64,000 nucleotides of DNA from Macrostomum lignano (taxonomy: Eukaryota), in assembly GCA_002269645.1 (NCBI GenBank), contig NIVC01001272.1, positions 248,001 through 312,000 on the forward strand. Direction: 5' to 3'. Both the position numbers and the translations under genes were made by a program. Position 1 is the stretch's first letter. Each line of letters starts with the position of its first letter. Positions 43,060 to 55,100 of the stretch are shown here, one piece after another. The notes under the pieces are model-generated. The model saw only the letters and a list, made by a program, of their open reading frames with translations, was not told where the DNA came from and ran no database searches.

Positions 43060-45640
43060 GTGAGAAGTAGAGGGGAATAAGGAGAAAGAGAGAAGGAGAT
43101 ATAGGGAGTTGAGAGGTAGAGGAAAAGAGAGTAGAGAAGAAGATACGGGATCTAGAAGGAAGGTAGAGGGAGAGACAGAGCGGAGAGGTAACGGGAGAGA
43201 GGGGAGAAGGAGAAAGGGGAGAGGAAGAGAGGGGAAAGGAAGAGAGGGTAGAGGAAGAGAGGGGAGAGGAAGAGAGGGGAAAGGAAGAGAGGGGAGGGGG
43301 AGAGAGGGGAGAGGAAGATAGGGGAGAGGAAGAGAGGGGAGAGGAAGAGAGGGGAGAGAAAGAGATGGGAGAGGAAGAGAGGGTAGAGAAAGAGAGGGGA
43401 AAGGAAGAGAGGGTAGAGGGAGAGAAGGGAGAGGAAGAGAGGGTAGAGGAAGAGAGGGGAGAGGAAGAGAGGGGAGAGGGAGAGAGGGGAGAGGAAGAGA
43501 GGGGAGAGGAAGAGAGGGGAGAGGAAGAGAGGGAAGAGGAAGAGAGAGGAGAGGGAGAGAGAGGAGAGGGAGAGAGGGGAGAGGAAGAGAGGGGAGAGGA
43601 AGAGAGGGGAAAGGAAGAGAGGGGAGAGAAAGAGATGGGAGAGGGAGAGAGGGGAGAGGAAGAGAGGGGAAAGGAAGAGAGGGGAGAGAAAGAGATGGGA
43701 GAGGGAGATAGGGGAGAGGAAGAGAGGGTAGAGAAAGAGAGGGTGGAGAAAGAGAGGGGAAAGGAAGAGAGGGTAGAGGGAGAGAAGGGAGAGGAAGAGA
43801 GGGGAGAGGAAGAGAGGGGAGAGGGAGAGAGGGGAGAGGGAGAGAGGGGAGAGGAAGAGAGGGGAGAGGAAGAGAGGGGAGAGGGAGAGAGGGGAGAGGA
43901 AGAGAGGGGAGAGGAAGAGAGGGGAGAGGAAGAGAGGGGAGAGGAAGAGAGGGGAGAGGGAGAGAGGGGAGAGGAAGAGAGAGTAGAGGAAGAGAGGGGA
44001 GAGGAAGAGAGGGGAGAGGAAGAGAGGGGAGAGGGAGAGAGGGGAGAGGAAGAGAGGGGAGAGGAAGAGAGGGGAGAGGAAGAGAGGGGAGAGGAAGAGA
44101 GGGAGAGGGAGGGGAGAGAGAGAGAGTAGAGGAAGAGAGGGGAGAGGAAGAGAGGGGAGAGGAAGAGAGGGGAGAGGAAGAGAGGGGAGAGGAAGAGAGG
44201 GGAGAGGAAGAGAGGGGGGAGAGAAAGAGATGGGAGAGGGAGAGAGGGGAGAGGAAGAGAGGGGAGAGGAAGAGAGGGGGGAGAAAGAGATGGGAGAGGG
44301 AGAGAGGGGAGAGGAAGAGAGGGGAGAGGAAGAGAGGGGAGAGGAAGAGAGGGGAGAGGAAGAGAGGCGAGAGGAAGAGAGGGGGGGAGAGAAAGAGATG
44401 GGAGAGGGAGAGAGGGGAGAGGAAGAGAGGGGAGAGGAAGAGAGGGGGGAGAGAAAGAGATGGGAGAGGGAGAGAGGGGAGAGGAAGAGAGGGGAGAGGA
44501 AGAGAGGGGAGAGGAAGAGAGGGGAGAGGAAGAGAGGGGAGAGGAAGAGAGGGGAGAGGAAGAGAGAGGAGAGGAAGAGAGGGGAGAGGAAGAGAGGGTA
44601 GAGAAAGAGAGGGGAAAGGAAGAGAGAGGAGAGGGAGAGAGGGGAGAGGAAGAGAGGGGAGAGGAAGAGAGGGTAGAGAAAGAGAGGGGAGAGGAAGAGA
44701 GGGGAGAGGAAGAGAGGGGGGAGAGAAAGAGATGGGAGAGGGAGAGAGGGGAGAGGAAGAGAGGAGAGGAACAGAGGGGGAGAAAGAGATGGGAAGGGAG
44801 AGAGGGGAGAGGAAGAGAGGGGAGAGGAAGAGAGGGAGAGAAGAGAGAGGAGAGGAAGAGAGGCGAGAGAAGAGAGGGGGGAGAGAAAGAGATGGGGAGG
44901 AAGAGAGGGGAGAGAGAGAGAGGGAGAGGAAGAGAGGGGAGAGAGAGATGGGAGAGGAGAGAGGGGAGAGGAAGAGAGGGGAGAGGAAGAGAGGGGAGGA
45001 AGAGAGGGGAGAGGAAGAGAGGGGAGAGGAAGAGAGGGAGAGGAAGAGAGAGGAGAGGAGAGAGGGAGAGGGAGAGAGGGGAGAGGAAGAGAGGGAGAGG
45101 AAGAGAGGGAAAGAAGAGAGGGTAGAGGAGAGAGGGGAGAGGAAGAGAGGGAGAGGAAGAGAGGGTAGAGAAAGAGAGGGAAAGGAAAGAGAGGGAGAGG
45201 AAGAGAGAGTAGAGAAGAGAGGGGAGAGGAAGAGAGGGTAGAGGAAGAGAGGGGAGAGGGAGAGAGGGGAGAGGAAGAGAGGGGAGAGGAAGAGAGGGTA
45301 GAGAAAGAGAGGGGAAAGGAAGAGAGAGGAGGGAGAGAGGGGAGAGAAGAGGGGAGAGGAAGAGAGGGTAGAGAAAGAGAGGGGAGAGGAAGAGAGGAGA
45401 GGGAGAGAGGGGAGAGGGAGAGAGGGAGAGGGAGAGAGGGGAGAGGAAGAGAGGAGAGAGGAAGAGAGGGGAGAGGAAGAGAGGGGAGAGGAAGAGAGGG
45501 AATAGGGAGAGAGGGGAGATAGGGAGTGGAGAAGTAGGGGGGGAGAGAAAAGGAGAGACAGAGAGGTAGGGAAAAGATAGGGAGGGGGAGAAGGGAGAGG
45601 GAGAGATAGGAGAGGTAGAGGTAGAGAGTAGAGAAGGAGA
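43060..45640. repeat. 2.6-kb polypurine minisatellite (15-bp GAGGAAGAGAGGGGA and variants); probably a 5'-UTR intron of the ZIP gene
   Basis: Almost pure A/G on the plus strand. It is flanked on the minus strand by a GTGTGG donor (~45652) and a CACTTCAG acceptor (43009). Confidence 0.9.
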
Positions 45641-45974
45641 GAGGGACCCACACCACAGTGAATGCACAGCTCACAATTCACCGCACGCGCAGGTGTCCCT
45701 TCTGCAGCCGGAACTTCTGCAAGACAATGAATGATAAACAAAGCGACTCTCGAAATGCACTTTATCGGCGATTAGTAGCTCGTGTATAAGTTAGAAGATT
45801 ATTTTTTTAATACATTAAATTCTAATTTTGAGAGTATTTTTATTCTATGGGCCATACTCATGGGGAATGTAATAATATAGTAGATATATACTAGCTAAAT
45901 TTAGAAGAAATTAATAATCAGGAATTAGGTAGGAGGACTTAAGATGCTTAGTTTGTAATAACGCAGATCATTGC

Positions 45975-46010
45975 CTGTCATTGGCTGACATTGCAGTGAG
46001 CCAATGACAG
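45975..46010. promoter_or_regulatory. Inverted pair of CCAAT boxes in the divergent ZIP/Rdl spacer
   Basis: Perfect 12-bp inverted repeat CTGTCATTGGCT (45975-45986) N12 AGCCAATGACAG (45999-46010); function inferred. Confidence 0.5.
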
Positions 46011-46121
46011 AGCAGCACGAGGGCCAAAACAGCTGCTATATCATCTGTCTTCTGCTGGAACTTCAATCCGAATCGTCTTTTTGGCTGTAATTCAACATTT
46101 CGACCTTGCTTCACCAAAAGA

Positions 46122-49100
46122 ATGTCAAGTTATCGAGACAGATATTTTCTATGCTCTTTGTTGCTAGGGTGGCTCTTGATCTCCGCGTATCTGCTGGTTG
46201 CTATGGGCCGGATGCCTACTGATTCGGAGGCTTTGCACGAAGCAAGGTTGTTGGCTGACGCTATGGAACCGAGAGAGGGCAGGTGAGTCATGGAATTTAT
46301 GAGCTTGTCTATGAGTGAGTTCATGATTGAGTTCATGAGTGAGTTCATGAGTGAGTTCATGAGTGAGTTCATGAGTGAGTTCATGAGTGAGTTCATGAGT
46401 GAGTTCATGAGTGAGTTCATGAGTGAGTTCATGAGTGAGTTCATGAGTGAGTTCATGAGTGAGTTCATGAGTGAGCTCATGAGTGAGTTCATGAGCGACA
46501 CCATGACACCATGAGTGAGTTCATGAGTGAGTCATAGGTGAGTTCATGAGCGAGTTCATGAGCGACACCATGACACCATGAGTGAGTTCATGAGTGAGTC
46601 ATAAGTAAGTTTATGAGCGAGTTCATGAGCGACACCATGACACCATGAGTGAGTTCATGAGTGAGTTCATGAGTGAGTTCATAAGTGAGTTCATGAATGA
46701 TTTCATGACTGAGTTCATGAGTGACCTCATTAGATTATGAATAACAGTGTGAAGTGCGGAATAAACTGATAAACCATATTAGCATTCAAAACTTGCGATA
46801 GGAGATCAATACGAGCTGGTGTCTCACGGCCTCAGGTGTTCCCATGAGCTGCCAATGAGTTGGTCATAAATTAATCGTGGGAAAGACACAATCTGTCTGA
46901 TGCCAAAAGTATCTTAATGTAAAAAACAGAAGTTTTGTTATAATCAATTTTCTTTCCTAGAAAGCAACAAAAAAGTAAAACAAAACCCGTCTATTCTGGG
47001 ATAAACAACCGTTTTTTAGGCAGCGGTCGATCTCAAGCGACTTGTTGGACACAAACGAATCCATCACTTTGACTGCCATCTTGGATGACATTCTGTCAAA
47101 ATATGACAAGAGGATTCGACCCGGATACATAAATGCGAAAAGTGAGTTGAGCAGGGATCGGATCGGCGCTGATGTTGAGTAGGGAGAGGCCCGAGTGTTG
47201 AGTAGGGAGAGGCCCGAGTGTTGAGTAGGGAGAGGCCCGAGTGTTGAGTAGGGAGAGGCCCGAGTGTTGAGTAGGGAGAGGCCCGAGTGTTGAGTAGGGA
47301 GAGGCCCCAATGTTGCGTAGGGAGAGGCGCCAGTGTTGAGTAGGGAGAGGTACTAACGTTGAGTAGGGAGAGGCGCCAGTGTTGAGTAGGGAGAGGTTCC
47401 AATGTTGAGTAGGGTGAGGCTCCACCATTTCTCATAAATAATTCCCTATTTCACACCAAACTTTTATATTTCAGAACAAACTCCTGTCAATGTGAATGTC
47501 AGCGTCAGAATATCCTCTGTGAGCTCCATCTCCGAAGTTAACATGGTGAGGCCAGCTGCAGTTATGAACTATACTAGAACTGTGGGGCTCCTGTGAATAA
47601 TTTCGATTGTAATAAGAAGGATTAAAATTGACAATGAGACACATGACAGTGAGACACATGACAATGAGGCACATGACAATAAGACACATGGCAGTGAGAC
47701 ACATGACAAAAAGACACATGGAAGTGAGACACATGACAGCGAGACACATGACAATAAGACACATGACAATGAGACACATGACAATAAGACACATGACAAT
47801 GAGACACATGAAAATGAGACACATGACAATGAGACACATGAAAATGAGACACATGGCAATAAGACACATGACAGTGAGACACATGACAGTGAGACACATG
47901 ACAATGAGACACATGGCAATAAGACACATGACAGTGAGACACATGGCAGTGAGACACATGACAATGAGACACATGGCAGTGAGACACATGAGAAACCACC
48001 AGCCTAAGAAACTGCCATCAATAATCATATCACACGGTTATTATTACCAATATGACTTCCATAATCTCATATTATGGAATATCATAATTTCAATATGATC
48101 TGCTATACTGTTTCCAAGTGGTACCTAAGTTACCGCGTTAGAAAAACTTCTGGGACGCACAGATGGTAAATCCTTGCTCCCCTGCATCCCAGCAATTCCA
48201 TTGTGCCGCATTCTCTTCCCAACTCAGCTGTTTCATCTGATCAGCGACATCACTGTATCATTTTGAATAATTGATGCACTGAATAGTAAATCTAGAATAA
48301 GAATTCTGCCTTGAGCCGATCCTAGGTGTACGTTCTATTGTTCTATGAATTTACGATTTTAAAAAAAAAAGTTGTAAAGGGCAAATCGTTTCGTCTAAGA
48401 TTTATTTTAATCCTGTACTTCCCAACTGAATTCTCACGCAAGGGTCAAGGAATCTAGAAAGAAACTTTTCTATGATTAGCAAACTTCTCTCAGGGAAGAT
48501 TGAGGTAGGATTGACACGCAACCGTAGCCTCATTAGCTACCACTCTGATTAAGATTAATTTGACGCTTAAAAGACAGCTGCTAGGATAATGGAATGAATT
48601 TAATTTCAGAAGGTTTCGAGTGGATTGTCTCGACTCTGATTGGCTGGAAGCGGAGTGGGATGGATGGTTTTGTCTCTGATTGGCTGGAAGCGGAGTGGGA
48701 TGGATGGTTTTGTCTCTGATTGGCTGGAAGCGGAGTGGGATGGATGGTTTTGTCTCTGATTGGCTGGAAGCGGAGTGGGATGGATGGTTTTGTCTCTGAT
48801 TGGCTGGAAGCGGAGTGGGATGGATGGCTTTGTCTCTGATTGGCTGGAAGCGGAGTGGGATGGATGGTTTTGTCTCTGATTGGCTGGAAGCGGAGTGGGA
48901 TGGATGGTTTTGTCTCTGATTGGCTGGAAGCGGAGTGGGATGGATGGCTTTGTCTCTGATTGGCTGGAAGCGGAGTGGGATGGATGGTTTTGTCTCTGAT
49001 TGGCTGGAAGCGAAGTGGGATGGATGGTTTTGTCTCTGATTGGCTGGAAGCGGAGTGGATGGATGGTTTTGTCTCTGATTGCTTCAATACGAGCGTAAAT

Positions 49101-52100
49101 TTCTGTAACGAATTTCAAAGATTCGAATTGCTGTTGCAGCAACTTCTTGTTCGCTGCTTTTCTAAGTAAATTCACTGATTTTTCCGAATGGAAAAACTTT
49201 TCGGTCAAAAATGAGAAAAGTTCAAAGTCGTGATCTTCAGCTTCCTGTTCGCCAGTGTGCTTGCAAGTTTGGGAATAATAATCGTGGACTTAATCGAGGT
49301 CTGTTCGTGCTTTTTTTAAATTACATGGTTTCTCAATTTTTGTTCTTATTGCTGCCCTGATTTGCAAAGCTTCTTGAAGTTTAGAAGTTTGTTCTATTTA
49401 CACTTAAGGTGGCAACGACATACTGTACTCAAAAAAGTTTAGAGACTATATTTTTTCGATCACACTTTTTAGACAGACTTCTTATTTTTACGAAACAGTT
49501 TTTAAAGTTCTCGTTTTTTAATTTGTTAAAAATTGGTTGCTATAAAGAGATGTTGTGTCATAAGCCATCTCTGATTGGCTGCGAGCAAAGGAGTGAGGTG
49601 GGTGTCATAGCCATCTCTGATTTGCTGCGAGCAAGGGAGTGTGGTGGGTGTCATAGCCATCTCTGATTTGCTGCGAGCAAAGAAGTGAGGTGGGTGTCAT
49701 AGCCATCTCTGATTTGCTGCAAGCAAAAGAGTAAGCTGGGTGTCATGGCCGTTTCTGATTGGCTGCGAGCAAGGGAGTGAGGTGGGTGTCATGGCCGTTT
49801 CTGATTTGCTGCAAGCAAGGGAGTGAGGTGGGTGTCATGGCCGTCCCTGATTTGCTGCAAGCAAGGGAGTGAGGTGGGTGTCATGGCCGTCCCTGATTTG
49901 CTGCAAGCAAGGGAGTGAGGTGGGCGTCATGGCCGTCCCTGATTGGCTGCGAGCAAGGGAGTGATGTGGGTGTCATGGCCGTCCCTGATTTGCTGCAAGC
50001 AAGGGAGTGAGGTGGGTGTCATGGCCGTCCCTGATTTGCTGCAAGCAAGGGAGTGAGGTGGGCGTCATGGCCGTCCCTGATTGGCTGCGAGCAAGGGAGT
50101 GAGGTGGGTGTCATGGCCGTCCCTGATTTGCTGCAAGCAAGGGAGTGAGGTGGGTGTCATGGCCGTCCCTGATTTGCTGCAAGCAAGGGAGTGAGGTGGG
50201 TGTCATGGCCGTTTCTGATTTGCTGGTAAAAACCAACTCCAAATTTAACTCCGACACCCCCAGGACTTCACGGTGGACATGTACTTCCGCCAGCGGTGGC
50301 AGGACAAGCGCCTGGCATTCGCCAGCTACCTGAAAGGTCGCGAGGACGAGCTTGAAGGCAGTGTCAACATCGCCGAGGAGATGCTGCACAAAATCTGGTG
50401 GCCCGACACATTTTTCGCCAACGCAAAGAAGTCCGAGTTCCATCACGCCACCACTAGGAACGCTTTCCTGCGGATTGACAGCCTGGGAAATGTCTTCCAC
50501 AGCCTCAGGTGCGGTCTGGGAGCGGAGTGAGAGAGAGCTACTCAATGAGTAGACCCTCAGTCGGAGAGAAGGCAAGCAGTCATGCCCCATTCCGCTGAGG
50601 CCTTAGGCCGCACAAGCTCACACAGCGGCCTTGACTTTCTTATTGGCTGGCAGTCTTTCTTTTCCTTGGAGGTTGGAACTCTGAGGCGTGAATCGCAGAA
50701 CAAGACATAAGCCTATTAATTTGTGCGACTTAGATTCAGAGTGAGAGTGAGGGTGAGAAAGTGAGGAGAGTAAGTGACAGTGAGAGTGAGAGTGAGAGTT
50801 AAAGAAAGAGTGAAAGTGAGAGTGAGAGAGAGTGAGATTGAGATCGAAAGAGTGAGGGTGAGAGAGAGGGAGAGAGAGAGAGTGTGAGAGTGAGAGTGTG
50901 AGAGTGAGAGTGAGAGAGAGAGTGAGGGTGAGAGTGTGAGAGTGAGAGTGAGAGAGTGAGAGTGACAGTGAGAGTGACAGTGAGAGTGCCAGTGAGAGTG
51001 ACAGTGAGAGTGACAGTGAGAGTGACAGTGAGAGTGCCAGTGTGAGTTACAGTGACAGTGAGAGTGAGAGAGTGAGAGTGAGAGAGTGAGAGTGAGAGTG
51101 TGAGAGTGAGAGTGAGAGTGAGAGAGAGTGAGGGTGAGAGTGTGAGAGTGAGAGTGAGAGAGAGTGAGGGTGAGAGTGTGAGAGTGAGAGTGTGAGAGTG
51201 AGAGTGAGAGAGTGACAGTGACAGTGAGAGTGACAGTGAGAGTGACAGTGAGAGTGACAGTGAGAGTGACAGTGAGAGTGACAGTGAGAGTGACAGTGAG
51301 AGTGACAGTGAGAGTGACAGTGAGAGTGACAGTGAGAGTGACAGTGAGAGTGACACTGAGAGTGACACTGAGAGTGACACTGAGAGTGACACTGAGAGTG
51401 ACACTGAGAGTGTCACTGAGAGTGACAGTTCACGCAGCACAAAAGAGCTACTCAAGCCGGCAAACATCAGGACTCAATACAGCTAGCAGCTCAAGGGGAG
51501 GCTGGGGCAGGATGAAGCTGCCTTCAACTCAGCATTGGCGCTGTCAATTTCGCATAGATGCGGCCCTGAGTATCTCAAAAGTGGCACTTTAAACTTGCCA
51601 ATTTGAATGCATGTCGCGCTTTAGCCTTAATTTTACTAAATGGATTTCCGTTGCCAATTAGTTTGGGCTGAAATTTCGGAGGCAGTTTTGGTCAATTAGT
51701 GATAAAAGCTGCAGCGCTAGAGAGGGATATTGCTCATTGAGGTAAGGCTTTGCAATTATGGCCGTTAAATCCTCCCGCTTTCAAAGGCCGTTTTTGATAG
51801 ATTAATCAATTTAGTGAATGGAAATGCGATTTTGTGCTTAGGTGTTTTAAGAATGCAAATAGGGGACCTGTGAATGCGAATAGGGTATCTGTAAACGCAA
51901 ATAGGGGACCTGTGAATGCGAATAGGGTATCTGTGAATGCGAATAGGCGATGTGTGAATGCGAATAGGGGATCTGTGAATGCGAATAGGGGACCTGTGAA
52001 TGCGAATAGGGGATCTGTGAATGCGAATAGGGGACCTGTGAATGCGAATAGGGGATGTGTGAATGCGAGTAGGGGATGTGTGAATGCGAGTAGGGGATGT

Positions 52101-55100
52101 GTGAATGCGATTTAAGGGACCTGTGAATGCGAATAGGGGACCTGTGAATGCGAATAGGGGACCTGTGAATGCGAATAGGGGACCTGTGAATGCGAATAGG
52201 GGACCTGTGAATGCGAATAGGGGATGTGTGAATGCAAATAGAGTGTCTGTGAATGCGAAAAGGGAACTTTGAATACAAATATGGGATTCGAGAATGGGAA
52301 TATGTAATCTGTGAATCGGAATAAGAGATCTGCGAATGGAAATGTGAAATCTGTGAATGGGAATATGTGATATGTGAATTGGATATTGGGATCTGTGAAT
52401 GATTACGGGGGATCTATGAATGAGAAGACATCAGTAAATATATGAGCCTAGTCATATATGAGTTGTAAAAAACTTCAGTACAATGACATTAATTATTACA
52501 TGTATATAGATATGTATTGCACTATTAGATCGTCACAGATAAAGCCTTCAACAGGGATCTGCAGCATTTCACACTCTTTCTCCCTTCAAATCAGTCAGTC
52601 GATTTTGTCCCCCCAAACAGTGGAGCAAACTTGAGCAATTCGCTCATGAAGATGCAGCATCCGTTAGCTAATATAATCCAGCCTCCCGTTGCTTCTTGCA
52701 GACTTTCTTTGCAGAGATACTCCTTGCACAGAACACCACAGACCCCCGGGCGGTCTTTCTTGACTTCTTCTCTGCTTATCCCAAAACGGGATATCCTTGC
52801 CGCAAGGGAGATTCAGCGAACTTGCCAACGGACTCGCTGAGTATTCCTTTAGACTCGGTGAGTCCTGTCGGTCTCTGTCCGACTGACAGCAGCTTTTCAA
52901 AAGAGGAAGTCACACGGTCGGTTTGAGAAGTTAAACTGGCTGCGGGGCAAGGCAGTCTGATCCCTCTGGGATGGAGGGGAACGCCGCCTCAGTGAGAGGG
53001 AGTTTATTTAATTTTTCACAGCCTCTCGAGCTGCATCTCGGACTCAGAGCGGCTCCAGCAGTCATCTGCATCAACATTTTGATCAAAGTTTTTTTTCGAT
53101 GGAACTTTATTAACATTCATTCTTCGCCCGGTTGCAAATTGAAATTCAACTCTCGATGATGAAATAAAATTTAAGTGACCTGTTCGATTCTAATTCAAAT
53201 CGAAAGTTCGAGCATAGGAAACATGGGAAAATGACCTTGATTGTCACTTCTGGAGCTGGCGCCCCTTGGTGCTAAAGCCCCTTGGTGCTAAAGCCCCTTG
53301 GTGCTAAAGCCCCTTGGTGCTAAAGCCCCTTGGTGCTAAAGCCCCTTGGTGCTAAAGCCCCTTGGTGCTAAAGCCCCTTGGTGCTAAAGCCCCTTGGTGC
53401 TAAAGCCCCTTGGTGCTAAAGCCCCTTGGTGCTAAAGCCCCTTGGTGCTAAAGCCCCTTGGTGCTAAAGCCCCTTGGTGCTAAAGCCCCTTGGTGCTAAA
53501 GCCCCTTGGTGCTAAAGCCCCTTGGTGCTAAAGCCCCTTGGTGCTAAAGCCCCTTGGTGCTAAAGCCCTTGGTGCTAAAGCCCCTTGGTGCTAAAGCCCC
53601 TTGGTGCTAAAGCCCCTTGGTGCTAAAGCCCCTTGGTGCTAAAGCCCCTTGGTGCTAAAGCCCCTTGGTGCTAAAGCCCCTTGGTGCTAAAGCCCCTTGG
53701 TGCTAAAGCCCCTTGGTGCTAAAGCCCCTTGGTGCTTCAGAATAGACCAAACCAGACCGACAAAAAATATTGAAGGGACTCAGATCAACAGTGTATTATA
53801 TAGATAGTGCTATTTTTTAGCAATTAACGATGCACTTCTGTTTATCAGTGAGAGTGCAGGCATTTTCTAAGAAAAAAAGCAAAAATTCAGTGGTTAGTGC
53901 TGCAGAAAAAAATTGGTAAGTTGTGTTGCATCTTGCAGATTACAGTTACAGTTGTTAAAATGAATGCTCTGCTTAAGATATAATGAAAAAAAATTTTCAC
54001 GTTTGCAGATCAGAAATGCTTTCGAGTGTACATGCAGGTTTAGAAAACTAACAAAAAATCTACACTGGCTAAATCAATAAGTAACTCTTTGTAGTCTTTG
54101 TTACTGAAAAAAGAGTTGTTTTGGTGCTGTATGGTCTTTGTTATCGCAGTGGGAGTGAGTTGGGTGTTATGGCTAACATATGTTATCGAGAGAGACTGAG
54201 ATGGGTGCTATAGCTAGTCTTTGTTAGCGCAATGGGAGTGAGGTGGGTGTTATAGCTAGTCTTTGTTATCGCAGTGGGAGTGAGGTGGGTGTTATAGCTA
54301 GTCTTTGTTATCGCAGTGGGAGTGAGGTGGGTGTTATAGCTAGTCTTTGTTATCGAAGACGGAGTGAGGTGGATGTTATAGCTTAGCTAGTCTTTGTTAT
54401 CGAAGACGGAGTGAGGTGGATGTTATAGCTTAGCTAGTCTTTGTTATCGAAGACGGAGTGAGGTGGATGTTATAGCTTAGCTAGTCTTTGTTATCGAAGA
54501 CGGAGTGAGGTGGATGTTATAGCTTAGCTAGTCTTTGTTATCGAAGACGGAGTGAGGTGGATATTGTATTTTTTGTAAACGCAATGAGAATAATTTTGTT
54601 TCTGTACGATCCTAGTTAGGGTGTAAGGGTCCACCAATTCAGTAAGTCCTGCAGTCTTTGTCATTTCTAGTACAAGAGTGTGGCTTCAATTAGATGCAGA
54701 CTTGGGCAAACTGCCTTTCACAGTTTTGTGCGAATGCCGCTCAGCCTCCAGCATCATCTCCCGATGTCGTTCGGTCTCTGCCAGAGTGGGATCAATCAGC
54801 CTGTCTAAATATCCCGGATCCTGGAAGTAATTCATTCTTGGCAACGGCTTTGTGGTTGAATTGGGCATCATCACGCCTTTGTAGGTTCGATTCTTCTGAG
54901 CCGGGCGGAAAATGGTGTTGCGGAACGACAGGCAGTTGCCGAAGGAGGTCGTGTAGGCGCCATCAATTTCGCGCTTGTCGATAATCCAGTCACTGCGAGG
55001 TCGCTCCGCCACCATGTCCATGAGAGTGGAGGGGACTGCGGGTTGGAAGGATGAGATTTTAGGGATGAGATTTAAGAGTAAGATTGTTGCATTGAGACTG

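Noticed and set aside
42926-45741. 840-926-aa Ser/Pro/Leu and Glu/Arg/Gly ORFs
   Set aside because: These are stop-free frames of a polypurine repeat, not genes.
46961-47019. Alternative upstream acceptor (TTTCCTAG) for Rdl exon 2
   Set aside because: It puts the YDKRIRP segment out of frame; the acceptor at 47019 keeps the frame.
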